Assembly (NCBI GenBank): GCA_031222025.1
Contig: CP130740.1
Span: forward strand, 1,385,666 to 1,409,665
Reading direction: 5' to 3'
DNA length: 24,000 nt
Source of the DNA: Eubacteriaceae bacterium ES2
GTDB taxonomy: Bacteria > Bacillota > Clostridia > Eubacteriales > Eubacteriaceae
Shown here: positions 16,652 to 24,000 of the stretch, one piece after another
Position numbering within the stretch: position 1 is the first letter of the stretch
How the letters are laid out: the number at the start of each line of letters is the position of its first letter
Translations under genes and position numbers: made by a program
Notes under the pieces: generated by a model
Told to the model about the DNA's origin: nothing
What the model saw: only the letters and a program-made list of their open reading frames with translations
Databases searched by the model: none

Positions 16652-17238
16652 CAATTGTGAACTATGCATCAGGGCTATGGCCGTTAATGGGAAGTATTGA
16701 AGAATGTGGTGATTATCCTTTGATAATTGAGTGTCAGCAAGGCGTGTTTGTAGCCATGATTGACGTGCTAGGTCATGGATTTGAAGCACGAAAAATAGCG
16801 GTTATGGCTTCGGAATACCTATTGAATCATTTGCAAAATGATTTGTTGGATCTTTTACATGGTTTGCATGATTATATTCAGGGGGAAAGAGGACTGGTCA
16901 TTCTGCTTGGATGGTGTAATCCGACTGAACAAACTTTTATATACTCGGGAATCGGTAATATTGTCGGCAGAATTTTTGGCTTTCACGATAAACGTCTGAT
17001 TCTGAGGGATGGGATTATTGGGAGTGGCATGATTCATCCGGTCATAAAGGAGTGCTCTTTTACAACTAGAGATTTAATGCTCATACATACTGATGGAATA
17101 AAGGAACATTTCAATCAATTTGAATATCCTGAGCTTTTGGCAAAAGATCCTCAAGCTGTAGCAAGTGGGCTGATTGATCAACTCAGAAAAGAAACGGATG
17201 ACGCGGGATGCATTGTATTTCGCTATGAAGATTTTTGA
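16648..17238 (+). CDS. rsbX: RsbX-like PP2C/SpoIIE-family phosphatase
   Basis: ATG 16648 overlaps the rsbT stop in an ATGA junction (16648-16651). PP2C-type motifs are shared with RsbX: ECGDY, MIDVLGHGFEA, GIGNIVG and LIHTDGI. Confidence 0.75.
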   Translation: MTIVNYASGLWPLMGSIEECGDYPLIIECQQGVFVAMIDVLGHGFEARKIAVMASEYLLNHLQNDLLDLLHGLHDYIQGERGLVILLGWCNPTEQTFIYSGIGNIVGRIFGFHDKRLILRDGIIGSGMIHPVIKECSFTTRDLMLIHTDGIKEHFNQFEYPELLAKDPQAVASGLIDQLRKETDDAGCIVFRYEDF

Positions 17239-17259
17239 TGTTTTATGGGGAGTGTTAGG

Positions 17260-18747
17260 ATGATAAAACTGGGATCAGTTAGAATAACAACTAATTTTGA
17301 GATGATTCAGATTCGCAAAAAGGTTCACATCATTGCCAGTAAACTTGGTTGTACGAATATTATCGCCGCAAGAATAGAAGCATTATTTTCGGATCTAATT
17401 AGAGAGTTATTAATGATGAATGATGCAATTGAACTTCGAGTTTTTTTGAATGACATGATTCATGAAAAGGGTATTATTTTTGAAACGGGACCTTGCAATC
17501 AATCCATTATTATTAAATCATATAATTCTAAACTGCTTTTTTTGAATTGGATTCAACTTGGAAAAGGGTTAAAACAACTTACCATTACAATTCCTTTTCG
17601 CACAATCAATCCAGAAATTAATTCAATTTTAATTCAATCTATCAAGGACGAGATTAATGCTAAATCAAAAGAAGAACTGCAAGAGGAAATAAAGAAAAAA
17701 AACGAAGAACTGTCGTCCAGCAGGGAATTTATGGAATCAGTACTTGATAATTTAAAAGCGGCAGTTTATGTTAAAAATCTGAGCGGAGAGTATACATTTC
17801 TAAATCGTCAATGGGAAGAGTATTTAAATTTTGATCGTAAAAATTGTCTGGGAAAAACGGTGGCGCAACTTGTCGGAAACACAATTGCGCAAGATCAGCA
17901 TCGTCAGGATATGGCGGTTATAAAAAACAGAAATATTGAAGTTATCGAAGAAAAACTATCGTATCGGGGGACTGAACTGACATTATTGACAACAAAAGTG
18001 CCGATGTATATAAACGAAGAAATGATTGGTATTTGTAGTATTTCTACTGATATCTCGAAACGTATCCAGATGGAAGAGGAATTAATTGAAGCGAAGTTAC
18101 TTGCTGAAGAAGCTGCTGAATCAAAAAGTAATTTTTTAGCAAACATGAGCCATGAGATTAGAACACCAATGAACGCTATTTTAGGAATGAGTTATCTTTT
18201 ACAAAAGACAAAACTAGACGAAAAGCAAGGCGATTATCTTGAGAAAATAAGGGGGTCGGGACAGCACTTATTGGGGATTATTAATGATATCCTTGATTTT
18301 TCGAAGATTGAAGCGGGAATGCTGGATGTTGAGGTAGTTGAATTCAGTCTTTACGATGTTCTAGATAATCTGGCTAATTGTGTAGGTGAAAAATGTCGAT
18401 CAAAAGGTCTGGAACTGATGTTCGATATTGATTCAGAAATACCCAATAAATTGAAAGGAGATCCTTTACGTGTTGGACAAATTCTAATTAATTATGTAAA
18501 TAATGCTATAAAATTTACTGAGCATGGTGAAATAATTCTAAAAATAAAAATGATAGAAAGACAGAAAGATGGATATTTTTTAAAATTTGAAGTTACTGAT
18601 ACTGGAATTGGTTTAACAGAAGAACAACAAAATAGATTATTTTCTTCTTTTCAGCAGGCAGATACATCAACAACCCGAAAATATGGCGGAACGGGTTTGG
18701 GGCTAGCAATTTCTAAAAATTTGACTGAACTGATGGGGGCAGGGTAG
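17260..18747 (+). CDS. Hybrid histidine kinase, N-terminal fragment as encoded (alternative representation of the same locus)
   Basis: ORF in frame 1 ending at TAG 18745-18747. It contains the N-domain, PAS, HisKA and most of HATPase_c, and lacks the last beta-strands of the ATPase domain. Confidence 0.6.
   Translation: MIKLGSVRITTNFEMIQIRKKVHIIASKLGCTNIIAARIEALFSDLIRELLMMNDAIELRVFLNDMIHEKGIIFETGPCNQSIIIKSYNSKLLFLNWIQLGKGLKQLTITIPFRTINPEINSILIQSIKDEINAKSKEELQEEIKKKNEELSSSREFMESVLDNLKAAVYVKNLSGEYTFLNRQWEEYLNFDRKNCLGKTVAQLVGNTIAQDQHRQDMAVIKNRNIEVIEEKLSYRGTELTLLTTKVPMYINEEMIGICSISTDISKRIQMEEELIEAKLLAEEAAESKSNFLANMSHEIRTPMNAILGMSYLLQKTKLDEKQGDYLEKIRGSGQHLLGIINDILDFSKIEAGMLDVEVVEFSLYDVLDNLANCVGEKCRSKGLELMFDIDSEIPNKLKGDPLRVGQILINYVNNAIKFTEHGEIILKIKMIERQKDGYFLKFEVTDTGIGLTEEQQNRLFSSFQQADTSTTRKYGGTGLGLAISKNLTELMGAG
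18735..18739 (+). other. G5 homopolymer at the frameshift site of the hybrid kinase
   Basis: The sequence is ctg atg ggg gca ggg tag. One extra G (G6) would give ctg atg ggg ggc agg gta ggt = LMGGRVG, matching the conserved LMGG(R/K)IxVES block of HATPase_c. Confidence 0.8.
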
Positions 18748-18899
18748 GTGTTGAATCTGTTTACGGTCAGGGCAGTACTTTTTGGTTTACAGTACCATTC
18801 AAAGAATCAAAAAATTCTCAGCAATCTAAGATCTCTAGTCTTATTTTACAAAACTATCGCGCTTTAGTCGTAGATGATCACGAAAATGCTCGGCTTATC

Positions 18900-20342
18900 A
18901 TGTCAGATATGCTAAGCTCTCTGGGTTTGGCGGTCGATCTTGCTACGGATGGATTTGAAGCAGTAAAGAAATTTAGTGATAATGACAAAAAAGGTCAAGC
19001 CTATGATTTAGTTTTTATGGATATGCAGATGCCCGGGATGAGTGGTGTTCAGACGATTGAAACAATAAAAAATCAGATTACAAAAAAAGTACCATACTTT
19101 ATTATAGTCACGGCCTATGGACGAGAAGAAGTATTTTTGAAAGCAAAGCAGATAGAAGTTGATTTGATTTTAGTTAAACCAGTTAATTTATGGGTGTTAA
19201 ATGATGTTGTACATCAGTTGCTTGAGAAAAAAGAAGAAAGATCTTTTGAAAAGAACTATCAGCAGACTGATAATTCGTTAGAAAAACAAATATCAAAAAT
19301 TGCGGGAGCTAGAATTTTATTAGTAGAAGACAATGAAATTAATCAGGAAGTTGTTTTGGAAATTCTAAAAGAGGGACAAGTAGTGGTGAAAACTGTGACT
19401 AATGGGCAGTTGGCAGTTGACGAAGCAGAAAAAAATAAATATGATATAATATTGATGGATATGCAAATGCCTGTTATGGATGGTCTTGAGGCAACAGAAC
19501 GTATCCGTGCAAAAGTTTCTGGGGCCACAGTGCCCATAATAGCAATGACCGCTAATGCGATGCGTGGAGACCGAGAGCGTTGTCTTCAGGCTGGTATGAA
19601 TGGTTATTTGTCGAAACCCATTGATCCTGTTCAGTTGTTTGAAACGCTCTTAAAATGGATTAAGCCTGAAGAAAATTCTAGACCTGTTTCTGTTAAGCCA
19701 GAAGAAACTGACGTTCAGCTGATAAAAATTGAAGGATTGGACATGGAAACAGGTATTAATAGAATTATGGGAAAGAAGAAGTCTTATATAAAATTGTTGA
19801 AAAAATTTGCTGACGGACAGAAAAAGACGGGATCAGAAATAGAAAGTGCAATTGATCAGGGTGATTTCACAAAAGCGGCAAGATTAATTCATTCATTAAA
19901 AGGGGTAGCTGGTAATATTGGGGCGACACGGGTGGCCAAAAAAGCAGAATCGCTAGAAACTGCTATTCGTGAGCAGCCGGGAAAGGCAACACTAAAACCA
20001 CTGATTGAGGAACTGTCCAAGGAATTAGACCAACTGATTGTATTAATTAAATTAAATTATAATGATGAAAGTGAAAAGCTTTCACACGAAAATGAGGTGA
20101 ATGTAAGCGATGAAATTATCATCTTTCTGGAAACCCTGATACCCTACTTAAAAGCACGTAAACCAAAACCTTGCGCAGAACTAATTGAAGAAAAATGGAA
20201 TAGAAATTGGACAGAAAAAATTCAGACTAAAGTTGATGACGTGATTAACAAGGTTTTAAAGTATCGGTTTAAAGAAGCACAAGCTGATGCTGAGTGCTTG
20301 CTTGCGAAATTGAAAGAGGAAAAGCATGAAAACTTTAAGTGA
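18900..20342 (+). CDS. Hybrid histidine kinase, C-terminal fragment as encoded (REC-REC-HPt; alternative representation of the same locus)
   Basis: This is the first ATG of frame 0. The ORF lacks the beta-1/DD pocket of REC1, which is encoded upstream of the ATG in the same frame. It is therefore unlikely to be an independent gene. Confidence 0.5.
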   Translation: MSDMLSSLGLAVDLATDGFEAVKKFSDNDKKGQAYDLVFMDMQMPGMSGVQTIETIKNQITKKVPYFIIVTAYGREEVFLKAKQIEVDLILVKPVNLWVLNDVVHQLLEKKEERSFEKNYQQTDNSLEKQISKIAGARILLVEDNEINQEVVLEILKEGQVVVKTVTNGQLAVDEAEKNKYDIILMDMQMPVMDGLEATERIRAKVSGATVPIIAMTANAMRGDRERCLQAGMNGYLSKPIDPVQLFETLLKWIKPEENSRPVSVKPEETDVQLIKIEGLDMETGINRIMGKKKSYIKLLKKFADGQKKTGSEIESAIDQGDFTKAARLIHSLKGVAGNIGATRVAKKAESLETAIREQPGKATLKPLIEELSKELDQLIVLIKLNYNDESEKLSHENEVNVSDEIIIFLETLIPYLKARKPKPCAELIEEKWNRNWTEKIQTKVDDVINKVLKYRFKEAQADAECLLAKLKEEKHENFK

Positions 20343-21441
20343 ATGTAATGTTCTGATAGTAGATGATACAGAGATAAATATTGATATTCTCGTAGAGGCG
20401 CTGGGGGATGATTATGATCTATCTGTAGCTCTTGACGGTGAAACGGCACTTGAAATAATTTCAGAAGAAATGCCAGATTTAATTCTACTGGATATAATGA
20501 TGCCTGGAATGAGCGGCTATGAAGTATGTCATCTATTAAAAAACAATCATCAAACAAAAGACATTCCAATTATTTTTCTGACAGCAATGACCGATATCGA
20601 CAGCAAAAAGAAAGCCTTTGAAGCTGGGGCAGTAGATTATATAACAAAGCCATTTGAAATTATTGAAGTGCGGGCAAGAACACAGACTCATTTGATGTTA
20701 ACCTTAATTCAACAGGATCTGGACATGAAGAATAAAAATCTAGAAAAACTGGTGGAGATTCGAACGAAAGAATTATGCATGACTCAGGATATTACCATCG
20801 AAGCACTTGCAGCATTAGCGGAATATCGTGATCCAGACACCGGAGGACATATTAATCGAACAAAAAATTATGTTCGAATTTTGGGAAGAGCTTTACATAA
20901 TACTCAGAAGTATCATGGTTTACTAACTGAGAAACTGATAGAAGAATTATATAAGTCTGCGCCTTTGCACGATATTGGAAAAATTGGTATTCGTGATGAA
21001 ATTTTACTGAAGCCTGGCAAATTGACAGAAGAAGAATTTACGATTATGAAAAATCATACTTTGATTGGCTTCAACGCAATCCAGGTGGCTTCTAATCGGT
21101 TAGGTGGTAACTCGTTTTTAAAATCGGCAATGGAGTTTTCCAAGTATCATCACGAAAGATGGGATGGCATGGGATATCCTGATAAATTATCGGGCGAAGA
21201 TATACCCTTGCCTGGTCGAATAATGGCAGTTGCCGATGTTTATGATGCTTTGATCAGCAAGCGCTGCTATAAGCAGCCGTTTGCCCACCGGGAGGCTGTT
21301 GGGTTGATAAATGAAGGAAAAGGGAGTCAATTTGATCCTGATATTGTTGATGTATTTATGAAAGAACAAGAAGCTTTTAGGCAAATTGCTCTAAAATATG
21401 CCGATTGTGAAGAAGAACGGATTAAACTAAACGAAATTTAA
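20326..21441 (+). CDS. Response regulator with HD-GYP output domain (RpfG-type c-di-GMP phosphodiesterase)
   Basis: REC domain: VLIVDDTEINIDIL, LILLDIMMPGMSG and ITKP. HD-GYP domain: HDIGK and HHERWDGMGYP. The ATG 20326 overlaps the kinase 3' end by 17 nt. Confidence 0.9.
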   Translation: MKTLSECNVLIVDDTEINIDILVEALGDDYDLSVALDGETALEIISEEMPDLILLDIMMPGMSGYEVCHLLKNNHQTKDIPIIFLTAMTDIDSKKKAFEAGAVDYITKPFEIIEVRARTQTHLMLTLIQQDLDMKNKNLEKLVEIRTKELCMTQDITIEALAALAEYRDPDTGGHINRTKNYVRILGRALHNTQKYHGLLTEKLIEELYKSAPLHDIGKIGIRDEILLKPGKLTEEEFTIMKNHTLIGFNAIQVASNRLGGNSFLKSAMEFSKYHHERWDGMGYPDKLSGEDIPLPGRIMAVADVYDALISKRCYKQPFAHREAVGLINEGKGSQFDPDIVDVFMKEQEAFRQIALKYADCEEERIKLNEI

Positions 21442-21470
21442 ATGACAAAAATTATTAAGGAGTTACTAGA

Positions 21471-22454
21471 TTGATCGAAAAAAAGAGACTGGAACTTTCT
21501 ACACAAATGCTCATCAGTGCGGCAGAAAAGCGGAAGTTATGTGTTCAAGTTCTAGATTATGAAGATAATTTTATTCGCATCCATGACGAAAAAAAGGTTG
21601 AGTATATCAAGGAGGCAACAAAAACCTCAGTGGATCCCTATATTGTCCCATTAATTATGGAGAATAAAGAAATTACCAAATTGATTTTAAGAGAACAAAA
21701 GATCAATGTTCCAGAGGGGATTCGCGTAAATTCCCTTGAAGAAGGGCTTGCCTTATATTCGGATTGGGATAAAAAAGCGTTGGTTATTAAACCCAAGAAT
21801 ACTAACTTTGGTCTTGGGATTACCATCCTAAAAAAACTTGAGTCGATGGAAGCTTTTAAAGACGCCTTGCAATTTGCCTTTTCTTATGATAAAACAGTGC
21901 TGATAGAGACCTTTGTTCGGGGAAAAGAATATCGTTTTCTGGTGATTGGCGATGAAGTTGCTGGAATTTTGCACCGCGTCCCTGCCAATGTAAAAGGTGA
22001 TGGTATCATGACAATCAGTGAGCTGGTGAATGAAAAGAATAAAGACCCTTTGCGTGGTAAAGGGTATGTAACCCCGCTTGAAAAACTCAGCCTGGGAGAA
22101 ACAGAAATTGCTTTTTTGAAAGCCGACCACAGAACCAAGGATACGATTCCAGAAAAGGATGAATTGGTTTTTCTGCGGGAAAACTCCAATATCAGTACAG
22201 GTGGTGACAGTATAGACTACACTGAAATAATTAGGAGCGACTACAAGAAGATTGCCATTGAAGCTGCCAAGGCGGTTGGGGCGAAAATATGTGGCGTTGA
22301 TATGATGATAAGAAGTATCGACGAAAAAGCAGGCCAGGATAATTACAGCATTATAGAACTAAATTTTAATCCGGCACTGCACATCCATAATTATCCCTGG
22401 CACGGAAAAAACAGACATGTTGAGGAAAAAGTGCTGGATCTATTGGGCTTTTAA
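21471..22454 (+). CDS. Stand-alone ATP-grasp ligase resembling the C-terminal (glutathione-synthetase-like) domain of bifunctional GshF/GshAB
   Basis: TTG start with AAGGAG 8 nt upstream, 29 nt after the regulator stop. Blocks I recall from the GshF C-terminus and cyanophycin-synthetase-type ATP-grasp domains are present: VIKPKNTNFGLGI, EYRFLVIGDEV, RVPANVKGDGIMTISELVNEKNKDPLRG, NSNISTGGDSIDYT and ELNFNPALHIH. No glutamate-cysteine ligase domain is present. Confidence 0.7.
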   Translation: MIEKKRLELSTQMLISAAEKRKLCVQVLDYEDNFIRIHDEKKVEYIKEATKTSVDPYIVPLIMENKEITKLILREQKINVPEGIRVNSLEEGLALYSDWDKKALVIKPKNTNFGLGITILKKLESMEAFKDALQFAFSYDKTVLIETFVRGKEYRFLVIGDEVAGILHRVPANVKGDGIMTISELVNEKNKDPLRGKGYVTPLEKLSLGETEIAFLKADHRTKDTIPEKDELVFLRENSNISTGGDSIDYTEIIRSDYKKIAIEAAKAVGAKICGVDMMIRSIDEKAGQDNYSIIELNFNPALHIHNYPWHGKNRHVEEKVLDLLGF

Positions 22455-22635
22455 TAGGTAAAGAATTTTAAAGCGGTTTGAAATCTTTAAATTATTTTGT
22501 TAAACTAGTAGAAACTAATAAATGTTGAAGTATTAAATAATTGATTAGATTATGATAGACCGGTTTTCTAAGTTTTAATAATCATAAATATGATTTGAGA
22601 TAGGAATAATAAAGTTAATCGTTGAGGAGGAACAT

Positions 22636-24000
22636 ATGCTACATTCAAGACCAGATGAAAAAGAGATTGAACAGGAATGCTTCCATGCATCTGTATTCAG
22701 TGAAGAAATTTTGAATTTCCCCAAGTATCATTTAAACGAAGAATCAGTTGATCCGGAACTGGCTTATCGGATTATAAAAAATGACTTAATGGATGAGGGG
22801 AATTCAAGACAGAATTTGGCAACTTTTTGCCAGACGGATATGCAACCGGAAGCGGTTCGGTTAATGGCGGAGACCCTGGAAAAAAATGCAATTGATAAAT
22901 CGGAGTATCCGCAGACCGCCGATTTAGAAAAACGGTGTGTCAATATTCTTGCTGATTTGTGGAATGCGCCAAAAGATAAAGCTTTTATAGGAACATCGAC
23001 AGTGGGTTCTTCAGAAGCGTGCATGCTTGGTGGACTGGCCATGAAGTTCAGATGGCGGAAAGCGGCGGAAATTAATGGACGCGACATTTATCGAAAAAAA
23101 CCTAATCTGGTTATTTCATCAGGTTTTCAGGTATGTTGGGAGAAGTTTTGTGTTTATTGGGATATTGAACTACGAACGGTTCCGGTTGATGAAACCCATC
23201 TGGCCATTAATCTTGATACGGTCATGGACTATGTAGATGACTATACCATCGGGATTGTTGCAATTATGGGAATCACCTACACGGGTAAATACGATGATGT
23301 AAAAGGCCTTAACGATCTGGTGGAAGTGTATAATCAACAGGCTGACTACAAAATACCGATTCATGTGGACGGTGCGTCAGGCGCCATGTTTGCTCCCTTT
23401 GCTTTTCCGGATCTAGAATGGGATTTCAGGCTTTCTAATGTGGTGTCCATTAATACGTCGGGACATAAATATGGATTGGTTTATCCAGGCATTGGATGGA
23501 TTATCTGGAAAGATCAGGAATTTGTTCCACAGGAACTGATCTTTGATGTCTCCTACCTGGGGGGCAGCATCCCCACGATGGCTATTAATTTTTCGCGTTC
23601 AGCCAGTCAAATCATTGGCCAGTATTTTAATTTTTTGTCTTTGGGTTATTCGGGCTATCAAAGTATACAATTGCGAACTCGGCGGGTTGCCAGGTTTATT
23701 GCTTCTGAGATCGAAAAAACGGGTTTGTTTGAAATGATTAATGATGGTGATAATATCCCGATCGTTTGCTGGAAAATGAAAACCGAAAAAAAATGGAACC
23801 TCTATGATCTGGCTGATCGTCTGCGGATGAACGGCTGGCAGGTTCCGGCCTATCCTTTACCAGAAAACTTGCAAAAAACAGTCATTCAACGGGTAGTGGT
23901 GAGACAGGATCTGAATCGACAATTAGCATTGCTTTTTGTCGAAGACTTAAAGCGGGCCATTATTGATCTGGATCATGCCCGAGTTCTTTTCAGTTCCCCA
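22636..24000 (+). CDS. gadB: Glutamate decarboxylase, PLP-dependent (3' end cut by window edge; absent from ORF track because no stop is reached)
   Basis: GAGGAGG lies 6 nt before ATG 22636. I hand-translated 455 codons to nt 24000 with no stop. Hallmark GAD blocks are NLATFCQT, IDKSEYPQTADLEKRCVNILADLW, GTSTVGSSEACMLGGLAMKFRW and the PLP-lysine motif NTSGHKYGLVYPGIGW. Confidence 0.9.
   Translation, partial: MLHSRPDEKEIEQECFHASVFSEEILNFPKYHLNEESVDPELAYRIIKNDLMDEGNSRQNLATFCQTDMQPEAVRLMAETLEKNAIDKSEYPQTADLEKRCVNILADLWNAPKDKAFIGTSTVGSSEACMLGGLAMKFRWRKAAEINGRDIYRKKPNLVISSGFQVCWEKFCVYWDIELRTVPVDETHLAINLDTVMDYVDDYTIGIVAIMGITYTGKYDDVKGLNDLVEVYNQQADYKIPIHVDGASGAMFAPFAFPDLEWDFRLSNVVSINTSGHKYGLVYPGIGWIIWKDQEFVPQELIFDVSYLGGSIPTMAINFSRSASQIIGQYFNFLSLGYSGYQSIQLRTRRVARFIASEIEKTGLFEMINDGDNIPIVCWKMKTEKKWNLYDLADRLRMNGWQVPAYPLPENLQKTVIQRVVVRQDLNRQLALLFVEDLKRAIIDLDHARVLFSSP

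Larger units (their letters stand above)
17260..20342 (+). pseudogene. Hybrid sensor histidine kinase (N-terminal soluble domain, coiled coil, PAS, HisKA, HATPase_c, REC, REC, HPt), interrupted by a 1-nt frameshift
   Basis: Two ORFs (17245/17260-18747 in frame 1; frame 0 open through 18738-20342) together encode one colinear protein. Frame 1 ends ...GTGLGLAISKNLTELMGAG*. Frame 0 continues from 18738 as GRVGVESVYGQGSTFWFTVPF (the canonical end of HATPase_c), then YRALVVDDHENARLIM (beta-1 of REC1, upstream of the first ATG at 18900). The His box is SHEIRTP (His codon 18151-18153). REC1 Asp is in FMDMQMP (19020-19022), REC2 has LMDMQMP, and HPt has HSLKGVAGNIGA. GGAG lies 7 nt before ATG 17260. 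Confidence 0.8.

Noticed and set aside
1592-17259. N-terminal extensions given by the ORF track: 1592 for the permease, 5822 and 8190 (GTG starts), 14993 for rsbR-like, 15805 (GTG) for rsbS-like, 16636 for rsbX-like, and 17245 for the kinase.
   Set aside because: In each case a downstream in-frame ATG has a much better Shine-Dalgarno sequence at 5-8 nt spacing or forms an ATGA stop/start overlap. The extra residues are not part of the conserved domain. The differences are small and start sites remain predictions.
18748-18899. Reading 18748-18899 as a genuine intergenic spacer between a stand-alone histidine kinase and a separate REC-REC-HPt protein.
   Set aside because: Frame 0 across this spacer encodes the conserved C-terminal strands of HATPase_c (GRVGVESVYGQGSTFWFTVPF) and the first strand and acidic pocket of REC1 (ALVVDDHENARLIM). 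The sequence is therefore coding, and the two ORFs are halves of one gene.
809-23737. All 60-115-aa ORFs in the track that lie antisense to, or in alternate frames within, larger genes. Examples: 809-1141(-), 1972-2286(-), 2425-2715(-), 3191-3427(+), 4370-4567(+), 6118-6312(-), 9859-10095(-), 10433-10627(-), 10525-10713(+), 10857-11054(-), 11271-11453(-), 12923-13108(-), 13464-13730(-), 14551-14814(-), 14612-14797(+), 15843-16112(-), 16855-17037(-), 17904-18146(-), 19343-19537(-), 20222-20569(-), 21187-21384(-), 21638-22189(-), 22764-23087(-), 23170-23364(-), 23543-23737(+).
   Set aside because: Each is fully nested in a longer ORF that has clear conserved domain motifs. None has a recognisable RBS or family motif. 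Their compositions are the low-complexity Ser/Ile/Phe/Lys-rich type expected from reading AT-rich coding DNA in the wrong frame.
1-24000. I searched by eye for CRISPR repeats, tRNA/rRNA, transposase or integrase genes, terminal inverted repeats, toxin-antitoxin pairs and known anti-phage defence genes.
   Set aside because: None was found. There are no regularly spaced direct repeats, no recombinase-like ORFs and no abrupt compositional island. The window looks like core chromosomal signalling and metabolism, so I do not claim a defence or mobile system.

Overview
AT-rich, Firmicutes/Clostridia-style chromosomal segment, judged from AGGAGG-type ribosome-binding sites, some TTG/GTG starts and hairpin plus T-run terminators. 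It holds 17 protein-coding genes. I could not support any rRNA, tRNA, CRISPR array, transposase, integrase or phage gene. Two genes run off the window edges and are missing or mis-started in the ORF track. One is a DUF2252 gene open from nt 2. The other is a nearly complete glutamate decarboxylase gene, 22636 to the window end, with no stop. The dominant theme is c-di-GMP signalling, with six turnover proteins in 24 kb: two membrane GGDEF cyclases (3037-4230 and 4345-5451, minus strand), a membrane PAS-GGDEF-EAL protein (5825-8119), a multi-PAS GGDEF-HD-GYP fusion (10338-12851), and a REC-HD-GYP response regulator (20326-21441). The most interesting unit is a compact plus-strand operon at 15035-22454. 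It encodes a stressosome-type RsbR (PAS-STAS), RsbS (STAS), RsbT (GHKL Ser/Thr kinase) and RsbX (PP2C phosphatase) module. This module is followed not by RsbU/V/W or a sigma factor but by a soluble hybrid histidine kinase (HisKA-HATPase-REC-REC-HPt), the REC-HD-GYP regulator, and a stand-alone GshF-C-terminal-like ATP-grasp ligase. The hybrid kinase is split into two ORFs by a 1-nt frameshift in a G5 run (18735-18739). Other genes are an ArsB/NhaD-type permease, a lipoprotein serine hydrolase (beta-lactamase fold), an SGNH hydrolase and a CNNM/HlyC-CorC transporter. All functional calls rest on motifs I recognise by eye in the translations. No database search was run.
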